From NCBI GenBank assembly GCA_963813155.1, contig CAWEYG010000003.1, positions 96,001 to 160,000 on the forward strand: 64,000 nt of DNA, given 5' to 3'. Below, piece after piece: positions 9,746 to 18,498 of this stretch. This stretch comes from an uncultured Acidobacteriota bacterium. Lineage in GTDB: Bacteria > Acidobacteriota > Thermoanaerobaculia > UBA5066 > DATFVB01. The position numbers were made by a program, and so were the translations under genes. Below the pieces are notes generated by a model. The model saw only the letters and a list, made by a program, of their open reading frames with translations. It made no database searches and had not been told where the DNA came from. Position 1 is the first letter of the stretch; every line of letters begins with the position of its first letter.

Positions 9746-12436
9746 TTGCCCCTGACCAACGGCACCCGGCTCGGACCCTTCGAGATTCTCTCGCCGCTCG
9801 GCTCGGGCGGCATGGGCGAGGTCTACCGCGCCCGCGACGTCCGTCTCGGGAGGGAAGTCGCCGTCAAAGTCCTGCCGCCCGGCCTCTCGACCGACAAGGA
9901 AAAGCTCGTCCGGTTCGCGCAGGAAGCCCGTTCGGCGTCGGCGCTCTCGCACCCGAACATCGTGACGATCTTCGAGGTCGGCCAGGCCGGTGCCCTGCCT
10001 TTCATCGCGATGGAGCTGATCGACGGACAGACGCTTCGGGCGATGCTCCAGGCGGGCCCGCTCCCCTTCAAGAAGACCCTCCAGATCGCCTATCAGACGG
10101 CGGACGGCCTCTCCAAGGCCCATTCGGCCGGGATCGTTCACCGCGACCTCAAACCGGAAAACGTGATGGTGACGCGGGACGGTTACGTGAAGATCCTGGA
10201 CTTCGGTCTCGCGAAGCTCGTCGGCCCTCCGGCCGGGTCGGGCTCCGTCGAAGCTCTGTCGATGACCGCGACCGGATTCGTGCTCGGCACGGCGGGTTAC
10301 ATGTCGCCGGAGCAGGCGAGCGGCCGTCCCGTCGATTTCCGCTCGGACCAGTTCTCTCTCGGGCTCATCCTCTACGAGATGGCGACGGGCCGCCGCGCCT
10401 TTTCGCGATCGACGGCCGTCCAGACTCTTTCCGCGATCATCCAGGACGACCCGGAGCCGATCGACCGTTTCAACCCGCGGATTCCCCTCCCTTTTCGCTG
10501 GCTCGTGGATCGCTGCCTCGCGAAGGACCCCGAAGATCGTTACGCCTCCACGAGGGACCTCGCGCGCGACCTCCAGAATCTGCGGGATTCGGGCGCGGCC
10601 GCCGGGGACGCCTCGGAAGTCCTTCCCCGGGCGCAGTCCGACGCGTCGCAGAAAACGGAGAAGCTCGATTCCTCCTCGGCCGTTCCGCGCCGGGGCGCGG
10701 CCCGGCGCGGGGCGTCGCTGGCGCTGTCCCTGCTGTTCGGCCTGATCGTCTTCGCCGGCGGCCTCGGCGCGGGTTTCTGGATTCGCGCACTCGTGTCGGA
10801 TCCGCCGGCTCCTCGCTGGAGAGGAGATCTCCTGCTCGCCGGCTCGATCCGCGTCTTCGCCCCGAGGGTTTCTCCCGATTCGCAGACGCTGGCGTTCGTG
10901 ACGGTCGTCGGGGGAATTTCCCAGGTCGCAATCATGAAGCCGGGCTCCGGAGACTGGATCGTCCTCTCGCACCAGAAAGCGCTGGGATCCGTCGACCGCG
11001 TCGACTGGTCGCGGGACGGTTCCCGCATCTACTTCGACCGGATCGCGGACCTGGGCCGAAGCATCTACAGCATTCCGATCCTCGGGGGCGAAGAGCGTCT
11101 CGTGCTCGACGACGCCCAGGGGCCGGAGGTTCTCCCCGACGGGACGCTGCTCGTGACGAGGATCGACGCCGGCCGCAATTTTCAGGTTCACCGTTACTGG
11201 CCGGAGACCGGGCGCCTCGCGCCGATCGGCCCTCCGATCGCCCGCGAATCCGCCGGCCTCGGCCTGCGGGCTTTCGCCGACGGAAAGACCGCGATCTTTT
11301 TCGGGAAGCCCGCCGCCGGCGATTCGGCGGCGCACTACGCTTATCTGCTCGATCTCTCGACGGGAAAACTCCAGCGCTTCGCTCCGGACCTGCCGATCAG
11401 CCCCCCGATCACACTGACCGGCGACCGCTCGGGCGTTCTCGCGGACGTCGTGGTCGGAGACCTGCACCGAATCGCAAGGGTCCCGCGCGCCGGGAACGAT
11501 TTTCAGACGCTGATGACGTTGCCGTCGCGGCCCTGGTATGTCAACGCCGGCGGCGACGGGAGTCTTTACGTGGAGTTTCTCGACAACCCGGCCGAGCTGT
11601 TGAGGTTCCCGGTCCTCGGCGGCGTTCCCGAACGACTCAATTCGGTCGGGCGAAACTTTTTCATGCATCCCGTCCAGTTCGCGGACGGGCGCGTTCTCCT
11701 GCCGAGCCTGACGTCCGGGCGGCGGCGCCTGCTCGTCGCTTCGCCGGGGGAAGCGCTTCGCCCGTTCCTCGACAGCACGGAGCAATCCTCTCCTCCGGTC
11801 GCTCTCGTCGGCAAGGGCGAGGTCGCTCTCGTGGGCGGCGGTTTCTCCGCGAGCGCTCCTCCCGTCCTGCTGCTGGCGTCCGTTGCCGACGGGCGAATCC
11901 TGAGGCGCTTCGACCAGACGAAAGGGACCGGTTACTCGGCGCTCTCGGTCTCGGCTGACGAGAAGACCCTGTATGCGGTCGAGTCGGGATGGATTTCCTC
12001 GATCGACCTCGCGACGGGAGCGGTTCGCCGCCTTCGGCCCGGCAACGGGGTCGCGGCGGACCCCACGCAGCCGAGCCTCGTCGTGCAGCTCAACGACAAG
12101 ACGGGAGTGCATCTCGTACGGGCGCCCCTCTCGGGATCGCCCGATGTTCCCATCCCGATCCCGGCGGATGTCCGGCTCTCCACGTCGCCGATCGCGGGGA
12201 ATGCGGTTGGAAAAGACGGACGCATCGTCCTTTCGATCCTCGCGAAGGATGGCGTTTTCTCCGGGCCGGCGATTCTCGATCCCGCGACCGGAAAGCTCGA
12301 GAAAGTTCCGGTTCAGTACGAGGGCGACATCCTTCCCTCGAGCTGGGCGCGCGAGGGATCACTGCTCGGAATGGGAGTCGGCCTGAAGAGCGACCTGTGG
12401 CGCTTCCGGCCGATCGCGGCGGACGAAGCCCGCTAG
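9746..12436 (+). CDS. Second Hanks-type Ser/Thr kinase with TM helix and propeller-like sensor domain
   Basis: GSGGMGEVY, HRDLKPEN, DFGLAK and GTAGYMSPE motifs; TM segment (LALSLLFGLIVFAGGLGAGFW); VSPDS and WSRDG repeats. Confidence 0.92.
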   Translation: MPLTNGTRLGPFEILSPLGSGGMGEVYRARDVRLGREVAVKVLPPGLSTDKEKLVRFAQEARSASALSHPNIVTIFEVGQAGALPFIAMELIDGQTLRAMLQAGPLPFKKTLQIAYQTADGLSKAHSAGIVHRDLKPENVMVTRDGYVKILDFGLAKLVGPPAGSGSVEALSMTATGFVLGTAGYMSPEQASGRPVDFRSDQFSLGLILYEMATGRRAFSRSTAVQTLSAIIQDDPEPIDRFNPRIPLPFRWLVDRCLAKDPEDRYASTRDLARDLQNLRDSGAAAGDASEVLPRAQSDASQKTEKLDSSSAVPRRGAARRGASLALSLLFGLIVFAGGLGAGFWIRALVSDPPAPRWRGDLLLAGSIRVFAPRVSPDSQTLAFVTVVGGISQVAIMKPGSGDWIVLSHQKALGSVDRVDWSRDGSRIYFDRIADLGRSIYSIPILGGEERLVLDDAQGPEVLPDGTLLVTRIDAGRNFQVHRYWPETGRLAPIGPPIARESAGLGLRAFADGKTAIFFGKPAAGDSAAHYAYLLDLSTGKLQRFAPDLPISPPITLTGDRSGVLADVVVGDLHRIARVPRAGNDFQTLMTLPSRPWYVNAGGDGSLYVEFLDNPAELLRFPVLGGVPERLNSVGRNFFMHPVQFADGRVLLPSLTSGRRRLLVASPGEALRPFLDSTEQSSPPVALVGKGEVALVGGGFSASAPPVLLLASVADGRILRRFDQTKGTGYSALSVSADEKTLYAVESGWISSIDLATGAVRRLRPGNGVAADPTQPSLVVQLNDKTGVHLVRAPLSGSPDVPIPIPADVRLSTSPIAGNAVGKDGRIVLSILAKDGVFSGPAILDPATGKLEKVPVQYEGDILPSSWAREGSLLGMGVGLKSDLWRFRPIAADEAR

Positions 12437-12476
12437 ACTGCGGAGCCACTATCCCGTACAATAAACCTGTACGGGA
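12434..12476 (+). promoter_or_regulatory. Sigma70-type promoter with overlapping palindromic operator of the TA operon
   Basis: TAGACT(12434)-N17-TACAAT(12457). Perfect 9-bp inverted repeat TCCCGTACA-N7-TGTACGGGA (12452-12476) covering the -10 box. Confidence 0.75.
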
Positions 12477-12485
12477 GGAACAACG

Positions 12486-12770
12486 ATGAACAGGGAAACG
12501 TCCTATTCCGCGGCCCGAGCCAACTTCGCCTACTTGTGTGAAAAGGTCGTTGAAGATCAAGAGCCCGTCGTGATCCATCGGCGCGGTGCTGATGATGTTG
12601 CCCTTGTGTCGGCCGCTGAGCTTCGGAGCCTCGAAGAAACCGCCCACCTGCTGCGCTCCCCTCGGAACGCGGAACGCCTCTTTCAGGCCCTTCGGCAGAC
12701 GGAGCGGAACCGGGGGGTAAGACTCAAACCGAAAGCCCTTCGCAAGAAGGTCGGGCTTGGGCCCGCATAG
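12486..12770 (+). CDS. yefM: YefM/Phd-family antitoxin
   Basis: SYSAARANFA...EPVVIHRRG..DVALVS..ELRSLEETAHLLRSPRNAERL. Confidence 0.92.
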   Translation: MNRETSYSAARANFAYLCEKVVEDQEPVVIHRRGADDVALVSAAELRSLEETAHLLRSPRNAERLFQALRQTERNRGVRLKPKALRKKVGLGPA

Positions 12771-13023
12771 AGACGCGGTCTTTCAAAAGCAATTTCTCGA
12801 AGATCTTCGTTGGTGGGTGACGGAGGACCGCAGGATTGCGATCAAGATCCTGGAGCTCGTCGATGCGGTCGTGAAGTCGCCGTTTGAAGGGATAGGCAAG
12901 CCGGAGCCTCTCAAGTACCTTGCTGGAGGAGTTTGGTCGCGACGGATTACGCAGGAACACCGGGTCGTCTATCGGGTGCGGGGCGACCGGGTGGACTTCC
13001 TCCAGTGCCGGTATCACTACTAG
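12757..13023 (+). CDS. yoeB: YoeB/Txe-family mRNA interferase toxin
   Basis: PFEGIGKPEPLK...WSRRITQEHRVVY...QCRYHY C-terminus. Confidence 0.93.
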   Translation: MGPHRDAVFQKQFLEDLRWWVTEDRRIAIKILELVDAVVKSPFEGIGKPEPLKYLAGGVWSRRITQEHRVVYRVRGDRVDFLQCRYHY

Positions 13024-14018
13024 GGCGGCTCGACCGGGAGCTCGACGTCAACGGTTCCAGTTCCTTTCCATGTCCTCGGGTCGGCCTGCCAAATACGCTT
13101 GCCCGAAGTAGCTTCGAAGTAAATCGACTCGTATTCCTCGGGTCGGAATCCCGGGAGCCGGATCATTCCGTTTGAATCTGACGTTGCGCCGGGTCCGTCG
13201 CAGGCCCCACACAAGCCACCCGGGCAGCCAGCCATCCAGAAGCGAAGATTTCTGCCAGCAGCGGGCCGACCATTCTCGGTGACCCTCATCGCTAGAGCCT
13301 TCTTTCGGCGGAAATGAAACTGAACGCGAGTCTCGTCGGAGGAGAGACCGGTAACGAGTGTCGTTTCCTGCGCGGGATCGAGAGGCAATTTCAGCACATA
13401 GTGAGGCTTATCGAAAACGAATGCATACTTGACATCCGCGTCGGGGACAAAGGCAAGGCCATCGCCATCACTAACGGCATCGCCCAGCGGGTGATCGCGT
13501 GAAACCCAGCCGCAGTGACTTCGTGCAGTCCAGAACATGTAGCTCGAAACCTTGACGCCACCAATGGGGTGACCTCGCTCATCAACTAATTTCAGAGTTC
13601 TGCGGCCTGGCCGACGGAAGGTGAGAGTGAGCGAAGCAACGGCATCGAGACTGATGTTCGCCGCCTTGTCTTTGAGACGAATCTCGGTTTCCGATGCCTT
13701 CCCGCCTCGGCCCTCGTGTGTTTCAAATCCCAACCAGGCGAACGGATCAGATTCGATCGGTGCGTAACCCTTGGCGGATACGAGCAGCGTCGCAAATTCG
13801 ACCGCATCCGGGTGAGAGGCATGAGATGAAAGCCACGCCGCGTTCAGATCGAGGACTAGTTCCGGGGAGCCGGCCTTGAGCTCCACCTGCTCCCCGCCGC
13901 CCCAGTACGCCAAGAGCAACGTCGCGCCTGAAATTGTGACGCGGTCGCCGCGCTCGTTCCGGAAGCGAATTCTGAGTTCAGCAGCGTCCCCGAAGGCCGC
14001 GCGGAACAAGGTGGCCAA
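13020..14018 (-). CDS. Hypothetical, probably exported beta-sandwich (carboxypeptidase regulatory-like) protein
   Basis: Visibly lower GC than the flanks. Repeated LVDERGHPIGGVKV...SDGDG and VTENGRPAAG...TSDSNG units; Cys cluster GCPGGLCGAC. Start uncertain. Confidence 0.55.
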   Translation of the reverse strand: MATLFRAAFGDAAELRIRFRNERGDRVTISGATLLLAYWGGGEQVELKAGSPELVLDLNAAWLSSHASHPDAVEFATLLVSAKGYAPIESDPFAWLGFETHEGRGGKASETEIRLKDKAANISLDAVASLTLTFRRPGRRTLKLVDERGHPIGGVKVSSYMFWTARSHCGWVSRDHPLGDAVSDGDGLAFVPDADVKYAFVFDKPHYVLKLPLDPAQETTLVTGLSSDETRVQFHFRRKKALAMRVTENGRPAAGRNLRFWMAGCPGGLCGACDGPGATSDSNGMIRLPGFRPEEYESIYFEATSGKRIWQADPRTWKGTGTVDVELPVEPP

Positions 14019-14085
14019 GAAAAAGCATACCGTTGCGACCCGACGGCTGTAAGGGGTCAGAGAACCCCTGGAGCTCGGCTGATGA

Positions 14086-15450
14086 CTACGCGTACAGGCC
14101 GCGAACCATCGTGTCGTGCGCGACTCTCGAAATCCCGAGCATGTAGGCCGCGATGCGGTAGGTGACGTCGTATTTCTTCGCCATCTCGGCGACGTCGTTG
14201 AACGACTGGACCATGATGTCCTCGAGCCGTTCGTTGACCTCGCTCTCTCTCCAGAAAAATCCCGCCCGGTCCTGGACCCACTCGAAATACGACACGGTCA
14301 CGCCGCCGGCGTTCGCGAGAATGTCAGGAACGACGACGATCCCGCGGTCGCGAAACACATCGTCGGCCCGCTGGGTCGTCGGGCCGTTGGCGCCCTCGAC
14401 GATGATCCGGGCCTGGACCTTCGGCGCGTTGTGGGCGCGCAGCTGGTTCTCGTTGGCGGCGGGCACGAGGATCTCGCAGGGCAACTCGAGAACCTGCGTC
14501 TTGTCGATCTTTTCGCCGCCGGGAAAGCCGGCGAGAGTCTTCTTCTGCGCGTAGTGCTCGAGCAGCGCGGGGATGTCCAGACCCTTCGGGTTGGCGATCC
14601 CGCCCTGAATGTCCGACACGCCGATGATCGTCGCGCCGGCGGCGTGGCACATCTTCGCGGTGATCGACCCGACGTTGCCGAACCCCTGCACCGCGACGCG
14701 CGAGCCCGCGAGCTCGAATCCGTTCGCCCGGGCAGCTTCCCGCGCGATCATCATGAGTCCCCGTCCGGTCGCTTCCACGCGCCCGCGCGAGCCCCCGATC
14801 GTCAGAGGCTTTCCAGTGACGACCGACGTCACGGTGTGGCGCATGTGCATCGAGTACGTGTCCATGATCCACGCCATGGTCTGGGGGGTCGTCCCCATGT
14901 CCGGAGCGGGAACGTCGGATTCCGGTCCGATCAGGTCGATGATCGCGGCCGTGTATCGCCGCGTGATGCGCTCCAGCTCCGACATCGACAGGCTGGAAGG
15001 GTCGCAGATGACGCCGCCCTTCGCGCCTCCGAACGGAATGTTGACGACCGCGCACTTCCACGTCATCCAGGCGGCGAGCGCCCGGACTTCGTCGAGCGTC
15101 ACGTTTTTGTCGAACCGAATGCCGCCCTTGCCGGGGCCCCGCGCGATGTTGTGCAGCACCCGGTAGCCGACGAAGACCTCGATGCGGCCGTCGTCCATGG
15201 AAATCGGGATCGAGACTTTTGTCTCCCGGACCGGCTCGCGGAGCACCTTGTACAAACCGGGATCGAGGGAGAGCTTCTGCGCGGCGACGTCGAACCGGGA
15301 CATCATCTCCTCGAACGGGTTGTCCGAGTCGACGCCCTGCGGCCTCGTGATCATGGTCGTCTTGTTCATCAGGTCCGAGACATCGGCCCGGGCGGCGTCG
15401 CCCTCGATCATCACTTCCGTCGGTTTGGGAGGGAGATCGCTTTCTTTCAT
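14086..15450 (-). CDS. gdhA: Glu/Leu/Phe/Val dehydrogenase (glutamate dehydrogenase)
   Basis: [44 protein letters not shown] and [12 protein letters not shown] motifs. Confidence 0.92.
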   Translation of the reverse strand: MKESDLPPKPTEVMIEGDAARADVSDLMNKTTMITRPQGVDSDNPFEEMMSRFDVAAQKLSLDPGLYKVLREPVRETKVSIPISMDDGRIEVFVGYRVLHNIARGPGKGGIRFDKNVTLDEVRALAAWMTWKCAVVNIPFGGAKGGVICDPSSLSMSELERITRRYTAAIIDLIGPESDVPAPDMGTTPQTMAWIMDTYSMHMRHTVTSVVTGKPLTIGGSRGRVEATGRGLMMIAREAARANGFELAGSRVAVQGFGNVGSITAKMCHAAGATIIGVSDIQGGIANPKGLDIPALLEHYAQKKTLAGFPGGEKIDKTQVLELPCEILVPAANENQLRAHNAPKVQARIIVEGANGPTTQRADDVFRDRGIVVVPDILANAGGVTVSYFEWVQDRAGFFWRESEVNERLEDIMVQSFNDVAEMAKKYDVTYRIAAYMLGISRVAHDTMVRGLYA

Positions 15451-15551
15451 TCAAGCTCCTCAATAAGATGCGAGGCCCGGATTGTATCGAATTCGTCGGC
15501 GCAACGAAAACCCGGGAGGCGATACTCCGTAAGAGAGTGAGGACAGGAAGG

Positions 15552-16130
15552 GTGGACGCGCTTTCCGACGAACAGATCGTCTCCCGCATCGTCGAGCGGG
15601 GAGAGGACCTGTTTCCGGAGCTCGTACGGCGGTACCAGAGCCGGATCGTCTCCCACCTCACTCGGGTCGTCGGCGGGCGGGAAGAGGCCCTGGACCTCTC
15701 CCAGGAAATTTTCCTCAAGGTCTACCAGGCCCTGGATCGTTACAACTCGGAATACAAGTTTTCCACGTGGATCTTCCGGATCGCCTCGAACGCCGGGATC
15801 GATTTCCTGAGAAAACGGAGGATCCGGACGGTTTCCATGGATTCCCCGCCTCCCGGATCGGCGGAGGAGGAGGGCCCCGTCCGGGAGTTCCCGTCCCGGG
15901 ACCTCGATCCGCTCGGCAATCTCCGGAACGCCGAGCGCCGGCAGTCCATTGGCCGGGAGATCGCCGCCCTTCCCCCGGACTTCCGGGAGCTGATCGCTTT
16001 GCGCCATTTCGCCGGGCTGTCGTACGAAGAGATCGCGGAGACGAAAAATATGCCCCTGGGGACCGTCAAGAATAAACTTTTTCGGGCGCGGGCCGTTTTA
16101 AAGGATAGGTTGGCTGGAGAATGGACTTGA
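15552..16130 (+). CDS. ECF (SigW/RpoE-like) sigma factor
   Basis: Probable GTG start at 15552. Region 2 DLSQEIFLKVY...FSTWIFRIASN; region 4 LSYEEIAE...PLGTVKNKLFRAR. Confidence 0.9.
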   Translation: MDALSDEQIVSRIVERGEDLFPELVRRYQSRIVSHLTRVVGGREEALDLSQEIFLKVYQALDRYNSEYKFSTWIFRIASNAGIDFLRKRRIRTVSMDSPPPGSAEEEGPVREFPSRDLDPLGNLRNAERRQSIGREIAALPPDFRELIALRHFAGLSYEEIAETKNMPLGTVKNKLFRARAVLKDRLAGEWT

Positions 16131-16678
16131 ACTGCGAAAATTCGATCGATCCTCTGGATTTAGAGGCCTTTGCGTCGGGCGAGCCCGCTCCGACGCCGGG
16201 GGCGGCCGACCACATTCGTTCGTGCCCGGCGTGCCAGAGCCGCGTCGAGGCCTTCCGGCAGATGGATCTCTGGCTGGCCGATCTGCCGGCCGAGGACGCC
16301 GGTCCGGAGCTCGGTTTTCGAGTCGAGCGCCTGCGGGCCTTTTCCCGGGCGGAAAAGCGGTCGCTCCGAATCTGGTGGCCGCCGGCCGCCCTGTTCCTCG
16401 GGCTCCTTTCGGCGTCGGCCGCCCTGCTGTCCGTTCCGATGCTGAGCGGTCCCGAGCAGGCCGGCCTTCTGTCCGCGCTTCCGGCCGCCCTCGGTCTCGA
16501 GTGGAAGACGCTCCTCGGTTTCCCGGGATCCATCGGGCGCGCCCTGCCCGGCTCGGTCTCCGCAATCTCGGACCTCCTCGCCCTCCAGCGCGGTTACGCC
16601 GCCCTGTCGATCCTGCTGCTGCTGCCCGCGGGGTTCTCGATCGCGCGGCTCTGGATGCGCCGCGCGGCGACCCGATGA
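16121..16678 (+). CDS. Zinc-binding (ZAS, zf-HC2) anti-sigma factor, membrane-anchored
   Basis: HIRSCPAC (HxxxCxxC) motif plus hydrophobic helices; overlaps the sigma gene. Confidence 0.82.
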   Translation: MDLNCENSIDPLDLEAFASGEPAPTPGAADHIRSCPACQSRVEAFRQMDLWLADLPAEDAGPELGFRVERLRAFSRAEKRSLRIWWPPAALFLGLLSASAALLSVPMLSGPEQAGLLSALPAALGLEWKTLLGFPGSIGRALPGSVSAISDLLALQRGYAALSILLLLPAGFSIARLWMRRAATR

Positions 16679-17532
16679 AGTTTCGGCTCCGTTCCGCCTT
16701 TTTTCTCCTCCTGTTTGCCGTGCTCGCCTCGGCCGCCGCGAGCGGGCAGTCGGTCGTCACGGTCGGCAAGCCGCTCGCGGTCGTCGCTCCGGTGCAGGGC
16801 CGGGTCGTGAGCGTCGCGGGGGACGTCGATCTTCGCGCGCCGGTGACCGGAGACGTCGTCGCGTGGGGCGGCGCGGTTCGAATCGCTCCGGGCGCCTCGA
16901 TCGGAGGAAACCTGATCGCGTTCGGCGCGAAGGTCTCCGGCGACCGCAGTGTCATCGCCGGGCGAATCGTCACGCCGGGCTCGCTCGCGTCGCTCTATCT
17001 CGCCGAGGCGGAGCGCGGGCCGTTCCGCGCCGCGCCGGGCGCCGTCCTGGCCACCGCGCTCGGATTGCGCCTGCTCGCGCTCGCGATCTGGGCCCTTCTT
17101 TCGTCCGCCGTGCTGCGGCTCTGGGCCGGGCCGGTAGCGCGGGCCGCCCTGTGCTTCGAAGAAAACGCGGCCGCGGCCGCGACCTCCGGAATCGTCGGCA
17201 TCGCTTTTCTGTTGTTGTCGGGAGTGACGGCGTTCTCCGCCTTTCCCGCGGCCCTTCGCGTGCCGGGCGCGATCCTGATCCTCGCGGCGGCGGCGTCTCT
17301 CAAGATTTTCGGCATGACCGCGCTCTTTCTCTTCCTCGGCCAGAGGATCGCGCGCCGGTTTTCGCCCCGCCAGCGGCCAGCCGCGCTCGCTTTCGGGCTG
17401 ATCGCTGCGGGCCTCGTGTCTCTCATCCCGGTCGCGGGTCCCCTGGTGTGGAGCGCGGCATCGATTGTCGCGATCGGCGCAGCCGTCTACACGCGTTTCG
17501 GGGCGCCGCGCTTTCGAATCGCCGTCGCCTGA
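16675..17532 (+). CDS. Membrane protein with polymer-forming (bactofilin-like) beta-helix repeats
   Basis: ATG 16675 overlaps the upstream stop. Signal peptide, VQGRVVSVAGDV/VTGDVVAWGGAV/IGGNLIAFG repeats, then several TM helices. Confidence 0.7.
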   Translation: MKFRLRSAFFLLLFAVLASAAASGQSVVTVGKPLAVVAPVQGRVVSVAGDVDLRAPVTGDVVAWGGAVRIAPGASIGGNLIAFGAKVSGDRSVIAGRIVTPGSLASLYLAEAERGPFRAAPGAVLATALGLRLLALAIWALLSSAVLRLWAGPVARAALCFEENAAAAATSGIVGIAFLLLSGVTAFSAFPAALRVPGAILILAAAASLKIFGMTALFLFLGQRIARRFSPRQRPAALAFGLIAAGLVSLIPVAGPLVWSAASIVAIGAAVYTRFGAPRFRIAVA

Positions 17533-17576
17533 CCGGCGCGGCTGCGCGAATCGCCGTCGCCTGACGGCGCGGCTGC
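17515..17576 (+). repeat. Tandem ~31-bp direct repeat spanning the stop codon
   Basis: CGAATCGCCGTCGCCTGACCGGCGCGGCTGC (17515-17545) and CGAATCGCCGTCGCCTGACGGCGCGGCTGC (17547-17576). Confidence 0.85.
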
Positions 17577-17634
17577 CGGCGATCCCCGGGGCCGTCGATT
17601 GACCGCTTCTCGATCGCGGCGATAGAGTCCCTCC

Positions 17635-18492
17635 ATGAAATCGATCACGACCGTCGGCGTCGTCGGGTCCGGACAGATGGGCAGCGGGATCGCGCACGTC
17701 GCCGCGTCGGCGGGTCTTTCCGTCCTTCTCGCGGACACAGCCCCGGAGATTCTGGTCCGCGCCCGGGCTGCGATCGAAAAAAACATGGATCGCGAGATCG
17801 CGAAGGGAAAAAAGACGGCCGACGAGAAGGCGGCCGCGTTGCGTCGGATCCGCGAGACGGCGGACCTGTCTGTCCTCTCGGGCGCGGACCTCGTCATCGA
17901 GGCGGTGACGGAGAACGAGTCCGTCAAGCGCGACCTGTTCGGGCGGCTCGACGCGCTTCTTCCGCCGGAATGCCTTCTCGCGTCGAACACGTCGTCGATT
18001 TCGATTACCGCGCTCGCGGCATCGACCTCCCGTCCGGAGCGGTTCATCGGAATGCACTTCATGAACCCCGTTCCCGTGATGGCGCTCGTCGAGGTCATCC
18101 GCGGGATCGCGACCTCGGACGAGACGGCGGCGGCGATCGAGGGGCTCGCCCGGAAGATGGGCAAGACGCCGATTTTCTGCAACGACTTTCCGGGCTTCGT
18201 GTCGAATCGCGTGCTGATGCCGATGATCAACGAGGCGATCTTCGCCCTTTTCGAGGGGGTGGCCGAGAAGGAGGCGATCGACGGCATCCTCAAGCTCGGA
18301 ATGAATCATCCGATGGGGCCTCTCGCGCTCGCCGATTTCATCGGCCTCGACACCTGCCTCGCGATCCTCCGGGTCCTCCACGACGGTTTCGGAGATCCGA
18401 AGTACCGGCCCTGCCCGCTCCTCGTGAAGATGGTCGACGCGGGATGGCTCGGAAAGAAGTCGGGACGCGGCTTCTACACTTACGAAGGCTGA
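17635..18492 (+). CDS. hbd: 3-hydroxybutyryl-CoA dehydrogenase
   Basis: [38 protein letters not shown] and HPMGP motifs. Confidence 0.92.
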   Translation: MKSITTVGVVGSGQMGSGIAHVAASAGLSVLLADTAPEILVRARAAIEKNMDREIAKGKKTADEKAAALRRIRETADLSVLSGADLVIEAVTENESVKRDLFGRLDALLPPECLLASNTSSISITALAASTSRPERFIGMHFMNPVPVMALVEVIRGIATSDETAAAIEGLARKMGKTPIFCNDFPGFVSNRVLMPMINEAIFALFEGVAEKEAIDGILKLGMNHPMGPLALADFIGLDTCLAILRVLHDGFGDPKYRPCPLLVKMVDAGWLGKKSGRGFYTYEG

Positions 18493-18498
18493 AACCGG

